From Lytechinus pictus (taxonomy: Eukaryota): 64,000 bases of DNA. The stretch's first letter is position 1. Each line of letters begins with the position of its first letter. Positions 24,101 to 37,000 of this stretch are shown one piece after another. The stretch is taken from positions 5,520,001 to 5,584,000 of the forward strand of contig NC_087246.1 in the NCBI RefSeq assembly GCF_037042905.1. The letters are read 5' to 3'. The position numbers and the translations under genes were made by a program. The notes under the pieces were generated by a model. The model ran no database searches. It was given only the letters and a program-made list of their open reading frames with translations, and was not told the origin of the DNA.

Positions 24101-26242
24101 GTTGTATAAACACCTTTCTGGTGTTAGATAAAAACGAAACCGGTGTTGTTTAACACATCTCTGCTGTGAACATATATAGATTCCGGGCTGGTGTTAAATA
24201 AACACCGGAGTTTTTGTAGTGTATCATGATAGACACCATGACCCATACACATAAATAATAAATCTTGCAATCACCTAATTGTGTATTGTGGCTTATGTTA
24301 GTAGGTGAAATATATTTGTTCAGGTTTTATGAACATGTAGTTGTACTGATTTTATATAAAGCCATTCTTGGCCATGCTAGGCTGCATCAAGGAATTGTTA
24401 AGTTATAAAGCCAATCAACATATGGTCGCAATTTTTGCCGTTTTAAGAAATTTCTTGCTAAATACCATCTTTCAAAACAAAATTTATACCGCAGTCATAC
24501 CAGGGGGACCCACTTCAGATCGACAATTACGTTATTTCACCGACCTACGATCGGTCGGTTTGGAGTCTGCTTCTTTTGTGTTACTGTCATATAACACTAT
24601 AAGGGATCGAGCTTTTGCTCATAGCCCAAAACTCTGGAAAAGCTTATACCCATGGAAGTCAGAAAACCGAACCATCCATGAACAATTTCAAATAAAAATT
24701 TAATTGATAACGAACACAACCATAACTTATTATTTGTTGAATTATAGTTACTATTATTGTTATTACTATCAGTAGTATTATTGTTATATCAGAAAAGATT
24801 TCAATATGAAGACTGGTTGAAAGCTGTAGCTATGTGTGATATGCATTTGTTCATGCTCATGCACAGTAAAAACGCTGTTTATAATTTCATACCATGCTGT
24901 CTACTAGAAACTTACAGTAGTTGTTTAACATTATGAACAACCATGCTTATTTCTTTCAGAATTAAATATAGAAAATTAAACTTTGTTGTCATAAGATATT
25001 AAGCACTTGCTTGAACTGTTTAAACAACTACTGTAAGATTAATATAGCAAACAGCATTGTATAAAAAAAAAATAAGCAGCGTTTTTACTGTGTGGTATAT
25101 AGCCGAGTTAAAAACCATCTATACATGCCTGCTACACATACTAACACACACCTTCTATACCAGACCTGGAATGAAAATATTACATGGGCAATAATAATAA
25201 CAAAACGAGTGAATAACTAAAAATGAATAGCCCCCCCCCCCCCGAAAAAGGAGATAAATGATAATGATACATGAAGCAATAATAATAAATATATAAAGAA
25301 ATACAATCAGCTACAGACTGAGACTAGTTTACCTGAGCTTTGATTTTTTTTTAGGGGGGGGGTTATTTATTTTTGAAGTAATATATAGGCCTTCGGGAGG
25401 ATTAAACAGTCAGAATTTAGCCTTTAGGATAAACTCTTGATAATCTATGTCATTATGGTCATAATATCATATCAATCGTCATAATGTATAAATAATCTCC
25501 GCATAAAGCCCATAAACAATAATGTACAATAAACAAGGAAGTTGCTCTAACAAAAGATGACAGTTTGCTGTAGAACATTATTTTTGTATATGGAATCTGT
25601 AATTTTACTCACGTTGATAAAAATACGTAATGCCATTACATATATTGGAATTTGATCACAGGGTGGAGCTATGGATTTTTATTGTGATTATATAATAATG
25701 TAGGGGTGAATCACACTACGAGAAATATTGTTATTTCAAGTTGTCACTTTTGCCATAATAGACCAGTATAATATTGTTTCATTATCATTATTATTATTAT
25801 TTGGGGAGGGGGCTGCACATGGCTAATCGTCAATGATGGAACTGAACAGATCTTGAGTCATCCGGCCTCTGCCGTCATGACCATCGTATTTCTGTAATAC
25901 CTTGTTCACGCTGTCGTGCGATCCGTTATTTACGAAGGTTACGGTTAGCCGTTCGTAACTGATCGCAAAAATCCTCGAACCATGAAATTCTTTTTCTATG
26001 ATCATTACGATTTCCACGAGATACGATCTAATACGATCTAATACGATCACTACGATTACTCCACGAGTAAAAATTTCAATTGTGGCGCGAATGGTGACAA
26101 TGGGAACTAGGTATAAGCTATTATTTTCTTTCCTAATCTTCTCTCCTGCAGGGGACCAAGGGTGGCGTGGCGGAGATTGCAGAACACGGAGATGCATTAC
26201 GATCCATCGTACGATGAAGATAATGTGGAGGTAGATGTCTGA
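15030..26242 (+). CDS. Type I membrane protein with IgGFc-binding (FCGBP N-terminal-like) domain, 5 coding exons, 1737 nt / 578 aa
   Basis: Exons 15030-15108 (signal peptide), 20420-20531 (AFGRRFIVTLP), 21545-22896, 23820-23922 (TM IAVVIVLVILSSLAIIIIVIVVLGSC), 26152-26242 (tail ..WRRLQNTEMHYDPSYDEDNVEVDV*). All GT-AG, phases 1,2,1,2 consistent. Domain motifs CNDLLEQPTPLGAWG, ANKPIMVTQF, AMSNIPPVEQF, YSAIVYG..EAYAY. Confidence 0.85.
16178..16425 (+). mobile_element. tRNA-derived SINE (intron 1 of the plus-strand gene)
   Basis: A box gtggtttagtgg, B box gggctcgaaccc, core aatgggtacc. Confidence 0.75.
19915..20150. repeat. (AAT/GAT/AAC)n compound microsatellite
   Basis: Direct inspection. Confidence 0.9.
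20420..20531 (+). CDS. IgGFc-binding-domain gene exon 2
   Basis: Polypyrimidine tract + tag acceptor; DSSRSSDAFGRRFIVTLPIEVDTSIRMVHNIYVSSRS; donor AG|gtacgt. Confidence 0.8.
21545..22896 (+). CDS. IgGFc-binding-domain gene exon 3 (1352 nt, main domain)
   Basis: Open frame containing ORF 21642-22907; acceptor ttttcaaag|, donor A|gtaagt; many N-X-S/T sites. Confidence 0.9.
23820..23922 (+). CDS. IgGFc-binding-domain gene exon 4 (transmembrane helix)
   Basis: Long CT-rich tract + cag acceptor; strongly hydrophobic stretch; donor AA|gtaagt. Confidence 0.85.
23984..24221. mobile_element. CMC/EnSpm-like MITE
   Basis: ~45-bp TIR cactgcaaaaattccggtgtt.. / ..aacaccggagtttttgtagtg; 2-bp TSD TA. Confidence 0.85.
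24862..25092. mobile_element. CMC/EnSpm-like MITE
   Basis: TIR cacagtaaaaacgctg / cagcgtttttactgtg; 2-bp TSD TG. Confidence 0.85.
26152..26242 (+). CDS. IgGFc-binding-domain gene last exon (cytoplasmic tail)
   Basis: Acceptor cctaatcttctctcctgcag| with CTAAT branch-like site; in-phase GPRVAWRRLQNTEMHYDPSYDEDNVEVDV*. Confidence 0.75.
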
Positions 26243-26782
26243 AGCTATAAGAATTTAAGATCCATGTTACATCACACAAATCTATTAGTTTTTTTGTGAC
26301 GTTGACAGGGCAGTTCATAATTGACGAACCAGTCATAGTCAACATTGCGCCTCGATTTCCATCCCGAATGATAAAATGTGAAACCGTGCATGTTAAAATA
26401 AGATGTTAATTCTAAAACACCCTTTTTGAACACCCGGGGCATATCTATGCAAAATAGGGCTAGCAATTACTTCCCATTCAATCTTTAAAGCTGGGAACAA
26501 ACTTAGCGCTGATCAAATTTCAAGTGTGGATGCTATGTCGGTGTCAATATGAATGAGTTACACATTCGCACGTCGAGGGGCGCCGTGGAACCGGGGGAAA
26601 TGGGTAATAACTTCAATAAAACGTGTAAATACTACCCATCTGATTGTGTGTTTTGTTTTTCATGGTCAGCCCCCCCCCCCCCCCTTTAAAACCGTCCCGC
26701 GGCCCCTACGCTATACAAAGATATTCTTTGAAATTATACTCATAACGCATCAGGCAATTATTTCTTAGTCGAAAGACATCTG

Positions 26783-27340
26783 CAAGTCCAGCCCCCACAA
26801 AAAAGTTGATTTAAATAGAAAGAGAAATATTCAGAAAGTTTCATCAGTATCGGATGTAAAATAAGAGTTGTGCATTTTTGAAATTTCGCTATGATTTCAC
26901 AGAACGGTATACGTGCACATCTTGCTCGGTATGGAAATGGGGCATCCGATAACGTCACCCATTCTATTTCATTTGTATTTTATTACAAGATATATGAAAT
27001 ATTTCAATTTTCTCCTGATAATGAGAAAGTTTGATTCTTCGATAACATATATGGCATTGCCATTGTAGCAATTTGTCGTGTGTTGATTAAGAGTCTCCTT
27101 ATTATCACATCTGCGTAAAATGAAGTATTTTATAAATCAAAGAAATAGCGAGTGAGTGACATCATCGACTATCTCATTTATTATTGTTTAGCACGTAACT
27201 ATTTTGTGAAATACGCGCGAAGTTTTAATACGTTGATCATAACTTCCTTGTTTTACATCCGATTTCGATAAAAAAAATCAAGTTGCTTTTGTTCGAGTTT
27301 CTTTATTCAAATAAACTTTTTGTTGGGGTGGACTTGCCCC
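26783..27340. mobile_element. Kolobok-like MITE (downstream of the plus-strand stop codon)
   Basis: caagtccagcccccacaaaaagtt / aactttttgttggggtggacttg; inner atcggatgtaaaa / ttttacatccgat. Confidence 0.65.
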
Positions 27341-29857
27341 TGTGATAATTAAACTTTGTGCGACAATTAAATAATTAAGTATAGATAAACAGGATCGGAT
27401 CGATACATTCAGACGAGAGGAAAGTTGTGAAAACTCTAAGCTAGACAATTCGTATCATCATATTCCGATGGCGGTTGCCTATTCTAACAAAACATGGATT
27501 AGTTTTCCCATCGCATATCCACGATGCGTGTTTCCTTGATGTAACAACCATGCAGACAAGGCATGCAGGTGCCCCAGTCAACACGTGCAGGTGAAGATTA
27601 TGCGATTCAAGAAAGGATTCATATTACAGTAAGTTGATCTCAACCACTAAAGGCTGATCAGCAATTCGATTTTATTCTTACCACGGGACTGGCATCGACA
27701 AAGATTGAAGGGGAGTGTCTGACTCACTCATTATTATTGTTATTTAATTTGAAAACGACTGATAAATCATTTAATGCATTTTTGCCCTCAAGTAGTTTTT
27801 ATCGTTCTCAAGTTTTGGACGTCCTACGCCTTCGTTATACTGTAGTATAAATAACTATTGAAGACAAATGGACGTCGAAAATTTGAGAAAAAAAATAAAT
27901 AAATTATGAGCAAAAAGGAAGTTTCATCATAATTTCATCTTCTGTTTTCTTTCTCTCTCTATTCCCTGTTCTACTGCTCCCCTTTTCTTTTTTTTTTAAT
28001 CGTCGTTCCACGGATGGGTACAAATAAATGGTATGTATATAATATTGACACATTTGAAGTGCAATGGGCATATAGTGCGTGTTTTAGGTTGATTATAATA
28101 TATTAAACAGCCGGGTTCATTATTATCATAATTTTTTTAGGGGGGTCACGTTTAGGAAATTATGGACTAATAATTACCAAAAAAAGAAATAATCTCCAGA
28201 GGCATTTTTTTTTGGGGGGGGGGGTATGGTTCAGTTGATTATATTTTTCAATTTAACAGATTAGCGGATCAAGAGGCCTTGGAAGATCAAGCCCCCTCCC
28301 CTATCTTCATTATTTTGTTTTTCCTTTTTCAGTTAATATTTCAATAATATTTTACAGAGACATATAGGTAAACCCCGGAAGTAATCTCCCCCTCCTATTA
28401 TTTCAAGATTCAAGTATATGATTATTGAGCTCTCCCATATTGCACTATATAGCGCTTTATGAGTCATATTATTATCATTAACAGATAAGGAAAAGTCATG
28501 AAGATTTAAAATGTGGATCAATAGACCTTTACAATCCATCTGGTTCTAACTTAGTTTGCCCATTCGTGAGGAAATAAATCACTTTGTTTTCATAATGCAT
28601 CTCATCATTCCTTTTGAGAATGTGTAAATTTTAATATTTCAACTTTTCTTCCGATCTCGTAAAACATGATTACGACTCTACGTGGAACACCTTCACGGAA
28701 TCTAGTCGTCATGGAAAACAAAATCATTAATAACGTAGTGCTTGCAATTCAATGAAAATCGGTTTACAAGCAATAATGAGTGCATTTGTCACATTGTCGG
28801 TATACCATCTGTGTTTTAACAATCACTGTGGGTTACGTCTGATGTTATTGAAACGTTTAGTTTAACAATTGTTTAAATTAACTTTCCATATTCATGAAAA
28901 TCATCTAGTGTTGTGGTCGACGTGACCTTTGCCATTGAACAAAAACAAAACAATAATACCGGACAGGATGTCATGATTTGGACTGGAAGAATGGTGTAGT
29001 CCAATATACGATGTCATGATTTCATGTTAAACTGAACTTGAAGAATATATAAATAAGTAAAATGAGACGTGCAAGTTCATGAATGTATGGATATATTTGT
29101 ATACATCTGAACCAAATAATTATTTCTGTTAAACATCCCTGTTCAAATTGACATGGCCTGTTGAGGCCACACTCCATTCCCTTCTAAATATAAGGTCTGA
29201 TGTGAGGGAGAAGGGTCAAGTCATTTCTGACCCTGAATGGAATGTGTCCATAACAGACCCTTTATCTATTTAGAGTCTATATTGTATTATCTCTAAATAT
29301 TACTTTGTAAATTTCATCAGTGTAAAATGAAATGTGTGTGATTTATATAACAATGTCCGGAATTGAAAATATATAATTTATTTAGCCTTTATTATATGTG
29401 TATTGAAAATAAATGAAAACGAAATGCGATATAAATTTGTCTAGTGTGTATTATTTATAACATATTAACTGAAACATCACAATCATAAATGATTTTCAGG
29501 GTAATGACTTCTTATAAATGAAACCAATATCGGTCTACCTTTAGTTTTGTAATTCACTTGCTCTAGAATGTTTCAGCCTGTTAATTGCATTCTTTCTACT
29601 TTGTATCAATTTCCATTTAGTTTCCTGATCAAGCCAGGCCTTAAATCACTCTCATTCTGTTATCCCTGTAAATCCAACCTTCAATCTTATCTCTTTCCCA
29701 ATCCACACTCCCTTCATAATGATAATGGTAACTGGGTTTTTATTATGGATCTATTATACCTTCAACCACACTGGAAATCACTCTTCATGATTTAATGATG
29801 ATACTGCATCCATCATCACAAGTTTTAAATAATTCAGTCTATGTGATTAAGTTTGAT

Positions 29858-31212
29858 AAACAAGTGGAACGCCTCTGGCAGTCTCGCCTGCATTACGCAA
29901 TTTAATATAGCAGCAGTGCTAACTTTGAAAACTACTATAAAATAATCATTCACAAAAACATCATTCATATAATGACATAATACCACGTTCATTGACCATA
30001 AATTACATTTGAACGGAGACTTAAGACTGTCAACTACACTCATGTCCACATTTCATTCACTCTATCCATAAACTTTCAAAGTTATGATGGCACTTCAACA
30101 ATTACCCCAACATGGCCTAAGTTTATTGACCTTAACTGACCTTTGACTTGGTTTTGTGACCTGAAACTCACAGGGGATGTTCAGTGATGCTTGATTACTC
30201 GTTTATCCCAATTTTTATGAACTAGATCCATAAACTTCAGAGTTAGGATGGTAATTCAACAAATACCCCCAACACGGCCAAAGTTCATTGACCTTTAATG
30301 ACCTTTGACCATGGTCATGTGACCTGAAACTCGTACAGGATGTTCAGTGATACTTGATTACTCTTATGTCCAAGTTTTATGAACTAGATCCATAAACTTT
30401 CAGAGTTAGGATAGTAATTTAACATATACCCCCAACACGGCCAAAGTTCATTGACCTTAAATGACCATTGACCATGGTCATGTGACCTGAAACTCGCACA
30501 GGATATTCAGTGGTACTTGATTAACCTAATGTCCAAGTTTCATGAACTAAATCCATAAATTTTCAAAGTTATGATGGTAATTCAACAAATACCCCCAACT
30601 TGGCCAAAGTTCATTGACCCTAAATGACCTTTGACCTTGGTCATGTGACCTGAAACTCAGGCAGGATGTTTACTAATACTTGATTAACCTTATGTCTAAA
30701 TTTCATGGACTAGATCCATACATTTTCAAAGTTATGATAGTAATTCAACAAATACCCCCAACTTGACCAAAGTTCATTGACCCTAAATGACCTTTGACCT
30801 TGGTCACGTGACCTGAATCTCGAGCAGGATGTTCACTTATACTTGATTAACCTTATGCTTAAGTTTCATGAACTAGGTCCATATACTTTCTAAGTTATGA
30901 TGTCATTTCAAAAACTTAACCTTCGGTTAAGATTTTGAAAATAATTTTCCCAACATGGTCTAAGTTCATTGACCCTAAATGACCTTTGACCTTGGTCATG
31001 TGACCTGAAACTCAGGCAGGATGTTTAGTAATACTTGATTAACCTTATGTCCAAGTTTCATGAACTAGGTCCATATATTTTCTAAGTTATGATGTCATTT
31101 CAAAAACTTAACCTTAGGTTAAGATTTGATGTTGACGCCGCCGCCGCCGTCGCCGTCGCCGTCGGAAAAGCGGCGCCTATAGTCTCGCTCTGCTATGCAG
31201 GCGAGACAAAAA
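29858..31212 (-). mobile_element. Helentron/DINE-1-like non-autonomous element with ~162-bp internal tandem array (6 units)
   Basis: subTIRs gtctcgcctgcat (29881) / atgcaggcgagac (31195) plus nearby inverted gtctcgc; (GCC)n microsatellite; T-run ends on minus; repeat marker at 30139, 30301, 30463, 30626, 30789, 30981. Confidence 0.8.
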
Positions 31213-33261
31213 CATTACTAAACAGACACACTAATACCAAATCTAATAAATCAAAGGAAATAACAATTAGCAACAAAGTATTAAATTCCTGTCAAGAGAA
31301 AAATTGTATTCAAATAGCTCCCAAATAAAATGCATGAAAATGATAGAGCAAATTAAAAATATACAAAATAAATTCATATATGACAAATTTCAGGCTGTCC
31401 CGTTTGAAATCCTTTTTGCCAACTTCCATCCCCATTTATTTGTATATGTGAGGAAAATAGTCATGGCAATAAGATAATGAACTCTGGAATATATTTTGCA
31501 GAGAGAAAAAATAATTGTAAAACCCCATGAAATGCATTTAAAAGGAAAACTTAGCAATGAATAACAAAATATCAAATTAATGTTTCAACAAAATTTCAGG
31601 AACTTGTTTGTTTGAAATATCTTTTACCAACTTTCACAAATTAATTTGTATTAATGTGAGGAAAAAGGAAACTTAAATTGTATAACCGTTTTTTAGATTA
31701 TGATGAAATCAACAATTATGAACTAATCACTTGAGAGTACAATAAAATCAAAATTTATTTCAAAGTAGCTGAATTATGTTTTTAGGACTATGCACACTGA
31801 ACAGCATTGCTCTAAAGATGAAGTGCACTCAGTGGTCCACTTTATACTACTCATTGAATTGGAAAACAATGAGTGTTTGCTAAGAGTGGTACTTTATAAA
31901 AACAAAGAAACTTCTGGGACCAAACTCTAATATCGCCATCCAAAAAAGAAGTGACCAGGGCTCGACCCTTGAACCTCGGCATCAATTTGAAACTTCCCCA
32001 TGCATCTTGTATTACAGGCCACATCGCCGTGTGGACTACCATGCCGTTGATAAAACTCGGGAGGGCGCTTTCCAAGTAAAATATCATACTTGATTGATTC
32101 TTCAGAGAACATCCTAGAAAGCCATAACATATCTCACACATGGACTCATCAAAAAGTTGTGTTAAAATTCTATGATTGGGAAAAAGAAAAGAATAATGCC
32201 ACCACAATAGAATTTAAAGTTAACTAAAGTTAGGAATATAATCACTTCATGACCCTTGCATCACACAATGTACATGTCTTGCATAGTGATAATGGTTACA
32301 GTTTAAAGTATTATTTTCAAGGTGACATATCTCAAATATTTCAGAAAATGGAGACTGTATTTGTTAAATCCTTCATTACCTATATCCTTTACAGAATACT
32401 GACATTTGTATGTAAATAGTTTCTAAGCACATGTTTTAATTATGGCTGGCCACACTTTTAGGCTGGTTTGAACTTATCCAGCTTACTAACCTGTTATTTC
32501 CAATCAGAAATTTAGGTCAAGCCTTCACACAATTAATGGACAAATTCTCAAGAAAAATCAGCAATCGATTATAACTTCCACAAATCAAATCACTGCATAT
32601 TAAAACTTTCATCATTAATTGTACTGAATTCCACAAAAGCGATGTTTTTGATATGCTCTCAAGTACCTTTTCCTTTGTTCTTTCATTGAGAGAAAGACTT
32701 CAAATACAATTCCAATCTGTACTTTTACAAAGAAAAATAAACATAGCAAAATTGCGTTTATGCTGTACACCATCATGAACACATTTCTGAGACCCACTGG
32801 GTTGCAAATAAAAAATAAAGAATAATTCTGGTTCGATCATCTTCAGTATTTGAACTAAATGTGCAGGCAAAATGGATCTTGATCGGCCATCAACATTAAT
32901 CTATTAATTGTAAACCTTTGTGTTAATGGAACCTTTGGGCTAAGTTACTAGCAAAGAGTGATATCATCCCTAAAAGCAATGTTGGGGCTTGCTGTTCATC
33001 CCAACTTACTGATTCAGAAAATACGCTTTCATCCTATATAACAAATACAAACTCCAACCAAACCTAGGTATTGATTGCATATTTCAGTTGTCTATTTCAT
33101 CATTCTGTGGTTACAAGCTGGCTGTATATAATAATAGATGACACTACTTGTAAAGATTCACCAAACTTCTCGTATATGGTCAGCTGGGGGTGCACAAATC
33201 TAAACCATGCAGGCTTCTAATCATGCGTTATCCATGGTCTTTTGGCTAGTGCTCACAGCCA

Positions 33262-33561
33262 ATAATATTGATATAAATGATATAGGTTATTTGTATAGTG
33301 CACATATCCACCTTGCTAGGTGCTCAAGGCACTCCTATATTACCCCGGCTAAGCTAGTCGAACTATTCAAGTGCTCACAGCATTTTGAGGAATTACTTCA
33401 TGCTGGTACCCATTTACCTTACCCGGGTTGAGTGCAGCACGAAGTGGGTAAATTTCTTGTTGAACGTAATTACCCTATGACTGGGATCCGAACCCACAAT
33501 CCTCTGTTATCAACCTCTGTTTTCAAGGTCCGGAGACTGATCCACTGGGCCACAACACTCC
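33262..33561 (-). mobile_element. tRNA-derived SINE in the presumed STN1 3' UTR
   Basis: Minus: A box gtggcccagtgg, B box gggttcggatcc, core gtaaatgggtacc, L2-like tail. Confidence 0.75.
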
Positions 33562-33845
33562 ACTGCTTCACGACGTTAATGTTTATTTCATATGCGATTT
33601 GTCTTATCCTGCAGAGTAAAATTGTCTGCTTGTTTATTATTCATCTTCACAAGTATTGCCCTTTTCTTGCTACTCACTAGCTAAACACCAGAAAGTGATT
33701 TCAATAATTTATCAGGTATTTCAACCATGGCCCTACTTTTAAACTATCCTTCAGAATACCCCTTTCTCTCCTTCTTTTATCCATGTTATCTTCACTGTCT
33801 TCTTCTGGTCCATGCCAAATGAGACAATAAAAGCGCTAGATTCTC

Positions 33846-34006
33846 TCAAGTTATGGCCATGTAATGTTTTGAAGTGGTGCTGATGACTTCACTGTTTGAT
33901 TCCAACCAAGAGAGGGCCTCCTTCACTGCATCAGGGCCGATGTTCTCATAGCCAGGGTGATTACGTAGTCTATCAGTTACATGCATGTAATGACATCCAC
34001 CTTCAA
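33846..34006 (-). CDS. STN1: STN1 last coding exon (161 nt incl. TGA)
   Basis: FEGGCHYMHVTDRLRNHPGYENIGPDAVKEALSWLESNSEVISTTSKHYMAIT*; acceptor gacag|. Confidence 0.92.
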
Positions 34007-37000
34007 CTGTCATTCAAATGATACACATACAAATACAAATTATTTGTAACAATCATTCATGTTTTCAAAAAGAAGAAATAAGTATTACAAAATAAAAAGA
34101 AAAAAAAAGAAAATCAAGGAGAAATATAGGTGCATTGACTGCAGAATTTTACTTTATATTTTACATTTTTCAATCAGTCTGAGTTTTCTTTCCTGAAATT
34201 TGAGTGCCATATGAATCAAATTTATGAGCTATTATATCTATTCCAGTTTTAAACCTATCTGTCAATCTTTCTGTTTATTGTTGAAAAGGTAAGATTCATG
34301 GCTGCCCACATGTGATAGAGCTGAAGGGCAGTTGCCTGTTCCAATCAAAGCTTTCACAAAACACAGATGTGCTTTTCATCTTTAGAATGCTTTTCTTTCC
34401 CTCCTTGAAAATAAATCAGCTAAGGGCATTGAGTTGATTGCACTAATCATTGTCAAATTTGTATCCTTATTCTTTGCTCATAATTGATATTGTCTAAAAA
34501 TTGAACAAAATATTTTTTGTAAGCTAGATATATTAACAATGTGCAAAATACGACCCCCAAAAATGTACTTATGCTGTGTTATATGGCCCTTTGTATACTA
34601 AAGACACAAATCAAATTATTGGAATTAAATAATCCGGAAGTTGTACAAAAAAGGAAGGATTTAATGTGTTATTGCGTATCTTTTTAATTCATGTAAAGAA
34701 AACGACTTATTTGTTTCTTTAGTCACTGCCAAACAATTGATATATCCAAAATGCAAAGTATTGTGCCTTAGCTCAATGACCAACTACTTGTACTGAATAA
34801 TTATATACTATGTTCACTGACCCTAAATGCCATTTAAACTTGATTATGTGACCTATTAAGACTTGTGCAAGATGATCAGTTATATTTGATTACCCCTATG
34901 TCCATATCATGAACTGTATCCATAAACTCGATGGCAATTCAACAAATACTCTCAATATGGCCAAAGTTTATCGACCTTAAATGACCTCCTAAAACTCATG
35001 CAGGATTCCCTCATACTTGATTAGGCCTACTTTTTAGTCCAAGTTTCAACGGAATCCATATACTTTAAGAGTTTTGACATTTACAAAAAATGACCTTGGT
35101 TAAGAATTTCTTTCATTCCCAACATTTATCTAAATTCATCAACACTAAATGACCTTTAACCTTGGTCATGCATCCTGATTACTCTTATGTCCAAGTTTCA
35201 TGAACTAGATCCATAAACTTTCAAAGGGTGTGTTTATGCTTCCATTGCGAGGACAGAATCAGCGTTTTCAAACGTCGATTCAAAACGCCGATCGTAAACG
35301 TGGTTCTGGGAGTGCTGTTTATGTTTAACTTTTCAGAGGCGAAATCACGATCTCCAGCTGGCTTCGCATCGTAATTTTCGTTAAACAGGAAAGCGAGGTC
35401 AAATTGGGCGTGCCCTTTTTGGAAAGTTTTTTTTTTCCGAGTGTTGTTATGGGGAAGGTACGTCAACTGTTATATAAACATCAAACAATTTCCGATATTT
35501 TAGTCTTTGCATGGAGCTTCTTGATATAGCCATATCATTTCCACCATGGTGAGGATAATAGTAAGAAAAAATTAAGAATATTAAGTATACAAAATAATAA
35601 AATATATATTTGTTCATGCTACTGGGGCATCTGGCGATGTCTCCTCATTATAACTCATGTTCCAGATTTTTTTGTGTAAATCCCTCAACGTTCATCGTCA
35701 TGTCAAATTGAAAGAGTAATACTAGTAATAGTACTAAGTTACACATGCAAAACAAGGGAGATGAGAGGTAATTCCGTGTAGGTAACATGCGACCATGGAG
35801 CAATGCGACTATATTTGCCCACGGATTTTCATCTCACCGGAGGCATGTACCAAATGACGTCATTTAAACACGTTTACGATCGTGGTTCTGTTTATACTTC
35901 CCCAGAAAGCCTGATTTTGGTCAAACGACGTTTACAAATGCACTTTTTTGTGAGTTTACGATCAGCGTTTTGAAACAGCGTTTAAATGAAAGTATGGAAG
36001 CAACCGTGTTTTGGACTAATCACGTTTGGAAACGCTGATTCTGGCCTGAAAAGTGGAAGCATAAACATGGCCAAAGTTATGACAATTCAACAAATACCCC
36101 CAACATGGATTAAGTTGATTGACCCTAAATGACTTTTGACCTTGGCCATATGACCTGAAATTCAGTAATACTTGATTACCCTTATGTCCAAGTTTCATGA
36201 ACTAGGTGCATGGAGGTGTTGTTGTGTAGTGGTTCAGTCACTTGACTCTTACACCAAGGGTTCAGGGTTCAAATCCCACCCGGTGCTAATTTCCTTTGCC
36301 ACTTATCTACGTTAGTCACTCTCCACCCAGGTATTAAATGGGTACCCGGTATCTGTACACGCCAATGTGATAGATTAACCTGTTATAAACAGTTGCTTGG
36401 CCAGGATACTCCCCAGGGAGTGGAGATGGTGCACATTATGTATAGAAAAGTGATGGATCCTATGACCGGGGTAATAATAATTAATGTAAAGTGCTTAGAA
36501 ACCAACATAAAAAGCACTGCATAACTGTAACTATTATTATTTATTATCATAAACTTTCTATAAGTTATGATGACATTTCAAAAACTTAACCTTACTTTCA
36601 GATTTTGATGTTGATTCCCCCACCATGGTCTAAGTTCACTGACCCTAAATAACCTTTGACCTTAGTTCTGTGACCTGAAACTCAGAAAGGATGTTCAGAA
36701 ATACTTGATTACTCTTATGTTCAAGTTTTATGAATTAGGTCCATATACTTTCTAAATTATGATGACATTTCAAAAACTTAACCTTAGGTTAAAATTTTGA
36801 TGTTGACGATGCCACTGCCATCGGAAAAAAGTGTATTATCTTACAAAGCAAGTTTTTCTTTTCATCACTGGGTCTGCTAAGACCTATCTCATATTAAGAC
36901 ACAATCATTCCATAATACTGATATCAGTTGCAAGTCTACTGCAGACCATTGCATTGCAAGGTACTGGAATGTTTGTACAAGAAAGAAAATAAAGAGGCAT

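Larger units (their letters stand above)
34815..36830 (-). mobile_element. Degenerate copy of the Helentron/DINE-like element, interrupted by a MITE and a SINE
   Basis: Same gtccaagtttcatgaactag / gaccctaaatgacc units; ends gttgacgatgccactgccatcggaaaa. Confidence 0.75.

Noticed and set aside
30130..31100. Regularly spaced conserved blocks as a CRISPR-like array
   Set aside because: The intervening sequences are also repeated; it is a ~162-bp tandem array inside a transposon
31089..31328. ORF MMSFQKLNLRLRFDVDAAAA, repeated at 56466
   Set aside because: Translation of the non-coding end and GCC microsatellite of the DINE-like element
31851..32207. 118-aa minus-strand ORF downstream of STN1
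   Set aside because: No recognisable motif or splice support; likely UTR or intergenic
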